Shown: positions 49,801 through 58,069 of the stretch, one piece after another
How positions within the stretch are numbered: the stretch's first letter is position 1
Layout of the letters: every line of letters starts with the position of its first letter
Assembly: GCA_903879715.1 (NCBI GenBank)
Contig: CAIRMR010000040.1
Span: 7,119-71,118, forward strand
Direction of reading: 5' to 3'
DNA from: an uncultured Bacteroidales bacterium
Lineage (GTDB): Bacteria > Bacteroidota > Bacteroidia > Bacteroidales > UBA4417
Length of the DNA stretch: 64,000 nt
Translations under genes and position numbers: made by a program
Notes under the pieces: generated by a model
What the model saw: the letters and a program-made list of their open reading frames with translations, nothing else
Told to the model about the DNA's origin: nothing
Database searches by the model: none

Positions 49801-50243
49801 GTAAGCAGTGGACCGGCATCATAAAAAGTTTGTTTAAAGGCTTTGTTACGGATTTGGTTCCATTCTTTCAGAGTTTCGGTGTTATCGGGGTTGGAAGCTA
49901 AAATAAAAACTATCTCTTTGCTGTAGGAATCGAACCAGTATTTTGCAGCTGGATTGGTTATATTCCGATCAATATAACCTTCGTTTGACTGAGCCAAAAC
50001 AGGTGTTACAGCGTCATCGGCAGCTACAACCACAAATCCACCACCTTCATAATTAAATACATGGTAAACAGTGATATCATTGTATTCGACACTGAAGGAG
50101 TTTGCTACTGCCCTGGTTACTTTTCTGTTATGATTGCTGAAATAATTGTCAGCCAGAATTCGGGCTTTGTCGATGGTAACCGTTTTTGCAAGGCCGGATG
50201 TGATGATGAAAAGACATAACAGAAAGATAACAAAAACTTTCAT
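46833..50243 (-). CDS. C10 (streptopain-like) cysteine peptidase fused to an Asp-box beta-propeller, three Fn3-like repeats and a T9SS sorting domain
   Basis: 1136 aa. Propeptide-like N-terminus with YHVFNYEGGGFVVVAADD. Catalytic Cys in PAGCVATAMAQIMKYYNFP, His in GGHAWVCDGW. Six SxDxGxTW-like Asp boxes (INGGETWT, KDGGINWS, TDNGGTTWT, SDRGRHWD, FDGGVTWT, TDGGHSWV). Three repeats of about 85 aa. CTD VKIYPNPASYQITIE... Confidence 0.85.
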   Translation of the reverse strand: MKVFVIFLLCLFIITSGLAKTVTIDKARILADNYFSNHNRKVTRAVANSFSVEYNDITVYHVFNYEGGGFVVVAADDAVTPVLAQSNEGYIDRNITNPAAKYWFDSYSKEIVFILASNPDNTETLKEWNQIRNKAFKQTFYDAGPLLTTTWDQAEWYNYYCPVDAGGPGGHVPAGCVATAMAQIMKYYNFPKQGFQSHSYEHRAYGIQKANFGDSTYQWQKMGSSANGSNFHDIASLLYQVGISVDMNYNISGSGASQESVLWALPAYFNYDASTISISKKEDYTDNEWKELLKTDIHALQPVYYAGFDATLGGHAWVCDGWRWSDDMFHMNWGWSGSLNGWFRIGQLNTSQGRYNNTNAIVTGIKPGHPNLVVRITNLIHNQLIACKSTTSIDCSVLKGTAAKVNIYFDNALIHSTSQSNFTYNLSTAGYAIGNHIIKVEAINLTDTSYYKVNIRNSEWISQASALIKPMHGLSHIKAVDSLVAWATAYDGLDANGPLQVFTRTINGGETWTPGIIPNCSGLTPSMIFALNADTAYCPMFRQSGTNPQGIYVTKDGGINWSRQSTATFSDAASFPNVVHFFDKRNGFCMGDPTGGDFEIYTTDNGGTTWTRVAAENIPDPVADEIGVTDYYSAKGNKAWFGTSKGRVYWTSDRGRHWDVNTTTLSGKYIDVEFADQFHGLAQDKSTNSTGALSETFDGGVTWTPVSISGAIGTNDFCFVPGTENTWVSTGTELVKGFSARYGVFYSTDGGHSWVPFVGNEIDQMNKVDFVSPRTGWAGGFNASATAGGMFKFVGLIQSKKFLAPVSSLHAVVTGKSIRLEWNAPASETVSGYNVYRNDTILTVNPVSSLDYNDINVSYGKHTYCVVAVYTDGKSEAACIDASVLGPVNNLVATVIDYRDVKLEWNTPVTGVEISYNVFRNSILLNSNPLNRTYYLDEPPYNSPLTGKQTYCLVAVYPSGNSEPECTDVFMPGPVTNLTASVAGRNVILEWSAPAPENFLGFNVFRNDTKLNEFPLQSSSYSDNQVPDGKQTYCVLAIFTTGFSELVCTDAWIITEIPENEASVKIYPNPASYQITIETPVNFSHVSILNQLGQEVYSYYADGNKLVILTVGLKRGIFVLKIRTGNIIVARKISIY

Positions 50244-50293
50244 GACAAACAGGTTTAGTATGTTTTGTTTAGTTCATACTTAATTCTAATAAT

Positions 50294-53185
50294 CTACATG
50301 ACGGTTATTTTTCGTGAGATCCGGCTATTCTCAAAAATGATCTGCAAAACATAAACACCATGTTTAAAACCTTCGGTAAGAATTTTCAGGTTTTTCCCTT
50401 GAGTCCTGCAGCTGTATACCTCTTGTCCAAGTATGTTAAAAATATTCACCTGGCTGAATTCTATGGCAGTTTCGATATTTATCAACTCAGTTGCAGGATT
50501 GGGATAAACGTTCACCAATATTCTGTTTTCGGGAATACCCAGCATAACAAGGGCATCTGTGCAAACAGCGTCCGACTCACCTGCAGGATATACTACTTTA
50601 ACACAATATGTTTGTTTGCCAGTCGCAACCGGATTGTCGGTATATGTTGAATTAACCAAAGGAACGAGGTTGAGAAGTGTATCGTTTCGGAAAACATTAT
50701 ATCCTTTACCATCATTGTTAACAGGAGCAGTCCAGGAAAGACTGATCTGCCTGCCGGTAACCGTAGCAAACAGATTACTGACCGGGGATAATGGGCTTTT
50801 TCGAGGGAACTCGCCCAGGAACTTAAATACACCGCCCCTGGTACTACTCTCATTGAAGCCGCCTGCCCATCCATTGCTTTTGCTGATAAAGTCAACGGCA
50901 AGAAACTGGAAAGCTTCTGTTCCAGCGAAACGAGCCCATGAATGTCCCCCGTCATAACTGTAAAAGGCACCTTTTGCTGCTCCGGCTCCTGTGCTCACCC
51001 AGGTATTGTCGGTACCGGGAACATAACAGAGGTCATGTGTGCCAACCTGTCCAGTTATGGAAACCGCTGACCATGTTATACCTCCGTCGAATGTTTCGGA
51101 CAAGGCGCCTTTTGTATCAGCGCTTCTATCCTGTGCCAGGCCGTGAAACTGGTTGGCAAACTCTACATCAACTTCTTTTCCGGCAAGAGTAGTGGTGCTG
51201 ACATCCCAATGCAGACCTTTATCACTTGTACGGTAAACCCTTCCCTTCGTAGTTCCGAACCAAGCTTTATTACCTGCTGCCGAGCAGTAGGAAATTATGC
51301 CGTTCTCACCTGTTTCAGGATCGGGAATGTTCTCGGCAGCAACCCTGATCCACCAGTTATATCCCCCATCACTCACAATATATATCTCAAACTCACCATC
51401 AACCGGATCCCCCATACAGAAGCCTTCGTTCTTGTTGAAAAAATGAATAACATTTGGAAATGAAGCCGCATTACTGAACCAGGCATTAAACTTCCTTGTC
51501 CAGGAGATTCCGCCATTCCTGGTCACATAAATACATTGCTGTCCGGAGCCTGATGGCATAAACATAGGGCAAAAAGCGGTATCGGCATTGAGCGCGAAAA
51601 TCATGGCAGGGATAGTATGATCGCAGTCGTTAATAATGCCTGTAGTCCATGTTTCACCCCCGTTTTTAGTCCGGGTAAACTCTTGCACTGGTCTTGTCGG
51701 ATTATCTCCGTTTGCAGCTGTTGCCCATACAATCAGTGAATCGACTACATGAATACTTTGAATGGCGCGATGTTTACGGGTAAAAGCGGACGCCTGCGGT
51801 ACCCATCCGAAATTGGCTACAGTTACTTCGTGATAACCTGTATCGGCAGCGTTTAAAGCTTCTAATTTAAGGATATGTACCCCCTTGGTATAATCTGTCG
51901 TTACGAGGTTGTAGGTGAAGTTGGGCAGGGTGGATGAATAAATGAGTTTGGTGTCAAGATAAAGGTTTATTAAATCTGGCGTTCCTTTTATCACGGAACA
52001 GTCAATACCCACAACAGGGCCATACCCTATCACCTGGCTGGGTTTAATATTGGTAATCCGCACAATTATATCAGGATTGCCCGGCTTTATACCTTTCACA
52101 ACAATATTGTCCTCATTAAAGTCATTGAAAGCAGGATTGAGTTCTCCGATGGTAAACCAGCCATCAGCAGCACCCGACCATCCCCAGTTCATATGGAACA
52201 TATCGTCACCTGAACGCCATCCGTCGCAAACCCAGGCATGTCCAGGTGACCCAACGCTATCATTGCCTCTATAAAAAACCGGCCGTGAAGCATTTAGTTC
52301 CGCTTTCAGCATTTCTTTCCATTCAATGTCAGTATAATTATATTTTGGAGCAGTACCAATGGTTAAAGGATCATAATTAAAATAGTTTGTGAGTGCCCAG
52401 GGTACAAATTCGCAACGAGCACCCGATGAACCAAGGTCATACTCCATATCTACCGATACTCCTGCATGGTAAAGCAACTTAGAAATATATTTGTAGTTTG
52501 AACTGTTCGCAATGCTGCCTATTGAATCCCAGTTGTAAGTGGTGTTTCCAAAGTCGGCAGTCTGTATGCCAAAGTTTTCGTTAACATAGGAATGGGACAA
52601 AACGCCTTGCGCAGGGAAGTTGTGGTATTTCATAATCTGTCCCATGGCAGTGGCAACGCACCCTGTCGGCACATGCGCACCAGGGATGTAAGGGTTTTCC
52701 GGGCAATAATAATTATACCACTGAGTCTGATCCCAGGTAGTAGTAAGAAGCGGGCCTGTTTCGGTAAAAGATTGCCGGCTTTCATTCTTAAAGATGTTAT
52801 TCCATAGCTTCAGTGTTTCTGTATTGTCAGCATTGGAAGAAATAATTTGAGCTATCTCTTTACTATAGGAATCGAACCAGTATTTCGCGGCAGGATTGGC
52901 TATTTCACGATCAATATATCCTTCGTTCGACTGAGCCAGTATAGGTGTTACAGCATCATCGGCAGCAACAACCACAAATCCGCCTCCTTCATAATTAAAA
53001 ACATGATAAACTGTAATGCCCTCATAATCGACACTGAATGAGTTTACTACTGTCCTGGTTACTGTTCTGTTATGGTTGCTGAAATAATTGTCAGCCACGA
53101 TGCTTGCTACGTCCATTGTTACCGTTTTTGCCAAGCCGGAAACGGTAAAGAAAAAGCTCAGGAATAAAACTGTAAGTTTTCGCAT
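50294..53185 (-). CDS. C10 cysteine peptidase paralog with Asp-box beta-propeller, one Fn3-like repeat and a T9SS sorting domain
   Basis: 963 aa. Same architecture as 46833..50243: catalytic TGCVATAMGQIMKYHNFP and PGHAWVCDGW, Asp boxes KNGGETWT, RNGGISWT, SDKGLHWD, FDGGITWS, YDGGHSWA, and CTD VNVYPNPATELINIE. The N-terminal roughly 110 aa are highly similar to the paralog. Confidence 0.85.
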   Translation of the reverse strand: MRKLTVLFLSFFFTVSGLAKTVTMDVASIVADNYFSNHNRTVTRTVVNSFSVDYEGITVYHVFNYEGGGFVVVAADDAVTPILAQSNEGYIDREIANPAAKYWFDSYSKEIAQIISSNADNTETLKLWNNIFKNESRQSFTETGPLLTTTWDQTQWYNYYCPENPYIPGAHVPTGCVATAMGQIMKYHNFPAQGVLSHSYVNENFGIQTADFGNTTYNWDSIGSIANSSNYKYISKLLYHAGVSVDMEYDLGSSGARCEFVPWALTNYFNYDPLTIGTAPKYNYTDIEWKEMLKAELNASRPVFYRGNDSVGSPGHAWVCDGWRSGDDMFHMNWGWSGAADGWFTIGELNPAFNDFNEDNIVVKGIKPGNPDIIVRITNIKPSQVIGYGPVVGIDCSVIKGTPDLINLYLDTKLIYSSTLPNFTYNLVTTDYTKGVHILKLEALNAADTGYHEVTVANFGWVPQASAFTRKHRAIQSIHVVDSLIVWATAANGDNPTRPVQEFTRTKNGGETWTTGIINDCDHTIPAMIFALNADTAFCPMFMPSGSGQQCIYVTRNGGISWTRKFNAWFSNAASFPNVIHFFNKNEGFCMGDPVDGEFEIYIVSDGGYNWWIRVAAENIPDPETGENGIISYCSAAGNKAWFGTTKGRVYRTSDKGLHWDVSTTTLAGKEVDVEFANQFHGLAQDRSADTKGALSETFDGGITWSAVSITGQVGTHDLCYVPGTDNTWVSTGAGAAKGAFYSYDGGHSWARFAGTEAFQFLAVDFISKSNGWAGGFNESSTRGGVFKFLGEFPRKSPLSPVSNLFATVTGRQISLSWTAPVNNDGKGYNVFRNDTLLNLVPLVNSTYTDNPVATGKQTYCVKVVYPAGESDAVCTDALVMLGIPENRILVNVYPNPATELINIETAIEFSQVNIFNILGQEVYSCRTQGKNLKILTEGFKHGVYVLQIIFENSRISRKITVM

Positions 53186-53423
53186 GTTACACTGGTTTTA
53201 GAGTTTTGTGCAACTTACTTATCTGAGTTTGTTAAGTTAAAGAGTGAAGCTGAATTATTTGAAACAAATTTTATTATTCGGTTAAATACCTTTGGTGGTA
53301 TAGAGTACAGTGTAAAATTTAATACGATTATTCTATATACAAATATACGAAATGTATAGCAAATGTGCTTGCAAAGGAATGAACTTCTCTGGAATGCAAT
53401 AGGCTGCCTTACAGAAGCTTTAG

Positions 53424-53616
53424 CTCATTTATGCGTATGAAGGGATAAACTTCTCGTCCCTTCATCCAATATAAAATGAAAAAAGCTGCAAAAAAGCAGC
53501 TTTAAACTCATTTGTGCGGATGAAGGGTCTTCCCTCCTGCGTCGGGATAAACTTCTCGTCCCTTCATCCAATATAAAATGAAAAAAGCTGCAAAAAAGCA
53601 GCTTTAAACTCATTTG
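53424..53616 (-). repeat. Two degenerate tandem copies of the module (tRNA-Leu 3' end plus trailer plus terminator)
   Basis: CTCATTTGTGCGGATGAAGGG begins at 53610 (true tRNA) and 53507 (copy). CTCATTTATGCGTATGAAGGG begins at 53424 (copy). The identical segment ATAAACTTCTCGTCCCTTCATCCAATATAAAATGAAAAAAGCTGCAAAAAAGCAGCTTTAAA follows in both copies. Confidence 0.85.
53578..53605 (-). terminator. Terminator hairpin immediately 3' of tRNA-Leu; a duplicate lies at 53476..53503
   Basis: Minus strand reads AAAGCTGC tttttt GCAGCTTT TTT. Confidence 0.7.
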
Positions 53617-53698
53617 TGCGGATGAAGGGACTCGAACCCATACGTCTCACGACACCAGATCCTAAGTCTGGCGCGGCTACCAATTACGCCACATCCGC
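53617..53698 (-). tRNA. tRNA-Leu (anticodon UAG), type II with long variable arm
   Basis: The reverse complement folds as GCGGATG-TG-(D arm GCG/CGC)-CCAGA CTTAGGA TCTGG-(variable arm GTC GTGA GAC)-T arm ATGGG TTCGAGT CCCTT-CATCCGC-A. It is 82 nt with no encoded CCA. There is one T-T mismatch in the T stem. Confidence 0.85.
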
Positions 53699-53758
53699 AG
53701 TGCATAATGTGGCGCAAAGGTACAATTAATTTCGGGTTGGCAAAATATCCGCTCCAGA

Positions 53759-54259
53759 TTATTTCAATGAATCCAATGCCGGCTGATAGTCAGGTTCTTC
53801 TGTAATTTCAGGAACCAACTGATTATATAAAACGGTACCGTCTTTATCGAGAACAACGACGGCACGTGCCATTAATCCCTGTAAAGGTCCATCGGTAATC
53901 ATAACACCATAACTTTTACCAAAGTTATTGCTCCTGAATTCCGAAGCCGAAACTACATTTTCAATGCCTTCAGCTGCACAGAAACGGCCATGCGCAAAGG
54001 GCAGATCTTTTGAAATACATACGACAGCAGCGTCTTTTAATTTAGATGCTTCCACATTGAAACGCCTTACCGAAGCTGCGCAGGTGGCTGTGTCAAGACT
54101 AGGAAAAATGCTTAATACTACCCGTTTACCGGCAAAATCAGTGTTCTTTACATCGGCTAAATTGCTTCCAACCAGTGCAAATTCGGGTGCTTTTGATCCT
54201 ACTGCAGGTAATTCCCCGATCGTGTTAACAGGGTTGCCTTTTAAAGTTACTTTTGACAT
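53759..54259 (-). CDS. tpx: Thiol peroxidase (Tpx-type atypical 2-Cys peroxiredoxin)
   Basis: 166 aa. FPSLDTATCAASV (peroxidatic Cys) and a resolving Cys in FCAAEGI. Confidence 0.9.
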   Translation of the reverse strand: MSKVTLKGNPVNTIGELPAVGSKAPEFALVGSNLADVKNTDFAGKRVVLSIFPSLDTATCAASVRRFNVEASKLKDAAVVCISKDLPFAHGRFCAAEGIENVVSASEFRSNNFGKSYGVMITDGPLQGLMARAVVVLDKDGTVLYNQLVPEITEEPDYQPALDSLK

Positions 54260-54300
54260 GTTTTTGAAAGTTTAGTTATATTTATAAAAATAAGTGTCAA

Positions 54301-54581
54301 TCAATTGTTGAGGATTGAGTTAATGGGGAGTTTTGAGTTGGCTGAGTTGTCATTCAATGGTCATTCAGTTGTTGGGGATTGAGTTATTGGAGAGTTTTGA
54401 GTTGGCAGGGTTGTCATTCAATGGTCAATCAATGGTCATTCAATTGTTGATGAACGAGTTGTATGGTAGATCAAGATGACAAGTGGTCATTCGTGGTCAT
54501 TCAATTGTTGATGAAAGAGTTGTCCGGTAGATTAAGATGACAAGTGGTCATTCGTGGTCATTCAATTGTTGAAGGTTGAGC
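54301..54581. repeat. Minisatellite: two copies of a unit of about 62 bp, then 2.4 copies of a 61-bp unit, rich in GTCATTC words
   Basis: The unit ...GATTGAGTTAATGGGGAGTTTTGAGTTGGCTGAGTTGTCATTCAATGG has a near-copy. TCATTCAATTGTTGATGAACGAGTTGTATGGTAGATCAAGATGACAAGTGGTCATTCGTGG (54437) is repeated at 54498, with a partial copy at 54559. Confidence 0.8.
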
Positions 54582-54699
54582 AATTTGAGTGTCAGAGTAA
54601 GTAGAGTTTTCATTTGATTACATTAATCAGTCATTTAGTCTTCATTCTATTGTTACAGAATTTTGTATAAAGATTTTGAACAGATATCATCATTTCTGA

Positions 54700-54760
54700 T
54701 TCCAATAACTATTTTTCCAATAACTTTTTCCACTAACTATTTTCTATTTTCCAATAACCT
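54700..54760. repeat. TCCAATAAC / ACTATTTTC word block immediately 3' of the GH3 fusion gene stop
   Basis: TTCCAATAACTATTTTTCCAATAACTTTTTCCACTAACTATTTTCTATTTTCCAATAACC. Contains the 19-mer AACTATTTTCTATTTTCCA (54735-54753), identical to 37555-37573. Confidence 0.8.
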
Positions 54761-54770
54761 ATAACTACTA

Positions 54771-57767
54771 TCACTCTGTAGTATTAACAGGCTTCCTCTT
54801 CAATTGTTGCCCGGTATTCAGATTTTTATTGAGGGCGCGATAAAGTGTCTGTTGTATTTGTGTCCGGATTCCAAGCTGCACCAGTTTATTAGGCTCTGTG
54901 TCAGGATTTATCCGGTTTGAAAGGAAAACGATAATAAGATCATTATCCGGGTCAGCCCAGATATAGGTTCCGGTAAAACCGGTATGCCCGAAACTGTTTG
55001 CCGAGGCTTCTTCGCAAGCCGGACCTGGTTCGGAAGGCAGAAGTTGTGGCTTATCAAATCCCAGCCCGCGTCGGTTGCATTTAAACTGTCGTTTGGTAAA
55101 TAAAGCTACTGTTTCGGGTTTGATGTACTGCTGACCACCATAAGAACCGTTTTGAACCAACATCTGTAAAATCACAGCCAAATCATTCGACGTTCCGAAT
55201 AATCCGGCATGCCCGGCAACACCGCCCAACAATGCAGCAGCCTGGTCGTGCACATCACCCTGCACAAGCTGATGTCTGAAGAGCGTATCATTTTCTGTTG
55301 GGATAATCCTGCTTAAGGGAAATTTATCCCGTGGATGGAAAGTAAGGGTTTTCAGTCCCAGCGGTTTATAGAACTTTTCATCCATATATTGGTCGAGGCT
55401 TTTTCCGGTAACCTGTTCAACAAACTGTTGCATAAGGATAAAACCAAGATCGCTGTATTTGTACTCTTTCTTATCCGACAAAGAAGAACGGATAATCGAA
55501 TCAAGGATAATCTGCCGGTAGTCTTTCCGAAGGTACATGCCTTCTGCAACCCTGTATGGAAAATTATCCGAAGCAATTGTTCTGTATAATGAACTATCCG
55601 GATAGCCATTCTTCAGCGTTTTCTGATAAAAAGGGATCCATGCAACCAATCCTGCCTGGTGTGTCATTACTTCACGGATTGTGATTTTCTTCTTGTTGCT
55701 TTTTTCGAGGTATTTAAGAGTTTTTGAAAGAGGTTCGTCCAGGTTCACCTTGCCTTCATCATAGAGTTTCATAACGGCCAGGGTTGTAGCTGCAACTTTG
55801 GTAACACTTGCAATATCATAAAGATCATCATTCTTAACAGCCTGGTTATGCAAATAATCGTTATAGCCAAAAGCCTTACGATAAATTACATTCCCGTTTT
55901 TAGCAATGAGAACCTGGCAACCGGGATACGCTTTTTTATTCAAACCGGTTTTAATAAGCGAGTCAATTACAGCAAGATACTCCGGATGAATTTCTTTATC
56001 CTGGTAAGGATTATAGCTCAAACGGCCTGATGTAGAGGTTATTAATCCTGCATGCGTTGGGAAAACACTATTTACTCCTACCGGAAGTGTACCACTGGCA
56101 ATTGTTGCTCCAAATATCATCTGTACAACCGCGTCGTAGGCATCCGCGTTATCCTGATATGCAACCACAACTGCTTTTGCTTTATCAATTTTATTAAAAA
56201 GATTGATGCTGTATGGAAGCGTAAACAAATTCAAAATACACTGTTTCGAAACCAGCAATGAATCAACCAGATCGATAGACTCATCAGAAATGCCAAAGTT
56301 GCGAGCCGGATTAGGTATAGTATTATTTATGCCAATAATCACCAGGTCATAATCCTTAAGGTATTTACATGTAGCATCTGCGGTGCTTTTATCAAAATTT
56401 CGCGGCAAGGTATAGTGGTCTGCTTTCGCGTAATCATTCATGCGCTGTTGAAACATTCTCATATCTGAATATCCAATCATCAGAGATGCGATCCGTATTG
56501 TATCAGAAGTTAATATCGGCATGATTTTATCTTCATTTTTCAAAACTGTAATTGCATTCCTGTACAATTCCAGATTCAGATTCACTTCTTCAGGCAAATG
56601 AAGATCGTTATAAAGATTTGCTAGTTGAACAGGTTGATACCTGTTAAGCCCGGAACGGTATTTACTGGCAAGAATTTTTTTACAATGAACAGCTAATTCA
56701 TCCTCTGAATAAAACCCACTGTCGATAGCTTGCTGAATTTCAGCCATAGTTTTTTCAACCGAAACAGAAAGTAACAATACATCATTTCCAGCCTTCAACG
56801 CTTTCAATTCAACTGAACCTGGTCCATTATAACTGGAAACGCCTTTCATATCAAGCGCGTCAGAAAAAACCAATCCATCGAATTTTAAGTTTTTACACAA
56901 AAGCGAATCAATTACTATTGGTGAAAGGCTTGAAGGAATATCTTTTGTAGCGTCCAATGCAGGGATATTAAGATGGGCAACCATAATCCCATCAATGCCT
57001 GCATTAATCAGTTCACGGAATGGATAAATATCAAGAGTATCTATAGTTTCAGCAGAATGACCAATAAAAGGCAATGCGTGATGCGAATCGGTATCAGTAT
57101 CCCCATGGCCGGGGAAATGCTTGGCAACCGAAAGTATACCTCCCTTTTGAAGTGCTTTCATATACATGACAGCTTTACGTGCAACATCATCCTTACGTTC
57201 TCCAAAAGACCTGATATTAATAACCGGATTTGCAGGATTGCTGTTAATATCAGCCACAGGTGAAAAACTGACATGAACGCCCATTCTGCGAAGTTGCGCC
57301 GCTATAGCGAGTCCATACTCAGTTATGAGTTGCTCGTTTCTGATTGCTCCCATCGTCATTTGTCGGGCAAAGGAAATGGTACTATCGAGACGCATTCCCA
57401 GGCCCCATTCAGCATCCATCGAAATCAGAATCGGAGTTTGTGCCAGTTGCTGGTAGTAATTGGTTAGAATCGCCTGCCTGACCGGACCTCCTTTGAAAAA
57501 GCACAATCCACCGATATTATATTCTTTTATAAGCCGGGTGAGTTGGTGAATTTCAAGGGAATCTATATCCGAATTAGCTCGAAGCATAAACAGCTGGCCA
57601 ATCCGCTGTTGAGGAGTAAGCGCATTATAAACTGAGTCGACCCAATGTTGCTCAGCCATATTCGTTTTAATTGAACCCTGCGCAATACCTGACATACAGC
57701 TTATCAGGCTAAGAATCAGAATCAGGAATTTTAATTTATTTTTCAATATTTTGGAAAAGAGCATCAA
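54771..57767 (-). CDS. Fusion protein: GH3 beta-N-acetylhexosaminidase (NagZ-like) N-terminal half plus class-C beta-lactamase-fold serine hydrolase C-terminal half
   Basis: 998 aa with a signal peptide. GH3 motifs: KHFPGHGDTDTDSH and nucleophile region LVFSDALDM. Serine hydrolase motifs: SxxK in YDIASVTKV, YSD, HTGFTG. Confidence 0.85.
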   Translation of the reverse strand: MMLFSKILKNKLKFLILILSLISCMSGIAQGSIKTNMAEQHWVDSVYNALTPQQRIGQLFMLRANSDIDSLEIHQLTRLIKEYNIGGLCFFKGGPVRQAILTNYYQQLAQTPILISMDAEWGLGMRLDSTISFARQMTMGAIRNEQLITEYGLAIAAQLRRMGVHVSFSPVADINSNPANPVINIRSFGERKDDVARKAVMYMKALQKGGILSVAKHFPGHGDTDTDSHHALPFIGHSAETIDTLDIYPFRELINAGIDGIMVAHLNIPALDATKDIPSSLSPIVIDSLLCKNLKFDGLVFSDALDMKGVSSYNGPGSVELKALKAGNDVLLLSVSVEKTMAEIQQAIDSGFYSEDELAVHCKKILASKYRSGLNRYQPVQLANLYNDLHLPEEVNLNLELYRNAITVLKNEDKIMPILTSDTIRIASLMIGYSDMRMFQQRMNDYAKADHYTLPRNFDKSTADATCKYLKDYDLVIIGINNTIPNPARNFGISDESIDLVDSLLVSKQCILNLFTLPYSINLFNKIDKAKAVVVAYQDNADAYDAVVQMIFGATIASGTLPVGVNSVFPTHAGLITSTSGRLSYNPYQDKEIHPEYLAVIDSLIKTGLNKKAYPGCQVLIAKNGNVIYRKAFGYNDYLHNQAVKNDDLYDIASVTKVAATTLAVMKLYDEGKVNLDEPLSKTLKYLEKSNKKKITIREVMTHQAGLVAWIPFYQKTLKNGYPDSSLYRTIASDNFPYRVAEGMYLRKDYRQIILDSIIRSSLSDKKEYKYSDLGFILMQQFVEQVTGKSLDQYMDEKFYKPLGLKTLTFHPRDKFPLSRIIPTENDTLFRHQLVQGDVHDQAAALLGGVAGHAGLFGTSNDLAVILQMLVQNGSYGGQQYIKPETVALFTKRQFKCNRRGLGFDKPQLLPSEPGPACEEASANSFGHTGFTGTYIWADPDNDLIIVFLSNRINPDTEPNKLVQLGIRTQIQQTLYRALNKNLNTGQQLKRKPVNTTE

Positions 57768-58069
57768 AAGGTATTTGGAGAAATAATCTACGCTTTCAGG
57801 TTATACAGCAGTGTACTTTACACTAACGATACGAAAGCTGAATTGTTTTCCAAAATTATTAACATTCCGGGTAGCTATCACAGTAAAGGGTTAAATTAGT
57901 CAAATATTTATAAACAATGTTGGCAAACAAGCCCGATCAGGATTAATGTGTTTGAAAAAAACTTGTCTTAATTATTGCGAATTGAATCATAAATCATGGA
58001 AATGTGCGTTAAGTATAGGAGTTTGTGAAGTTTTGAGGATAATTGTGGTTTTTCAGGTTGCCCTTCATT

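Noticed and set aside
53425-53613. 62-aa minus-strand ORF (MSLKLLFCSFFHFILDEGTRSLS... repeated twice)
   Set aside because: Its internal duplication simply mirrors the tandem copies of the tRNA 3' end and terminator module. It overlaps terminator hairpins and has no coding-like features.
53186-53760. Integrated mobile element at the tRNA-Leu 3' end
   Set aside because: No integrase, excisionase or foreign-looking gene lies between or next to the duplicated tRNA 3' ends. The copies are only 83 and 103 bp apart.
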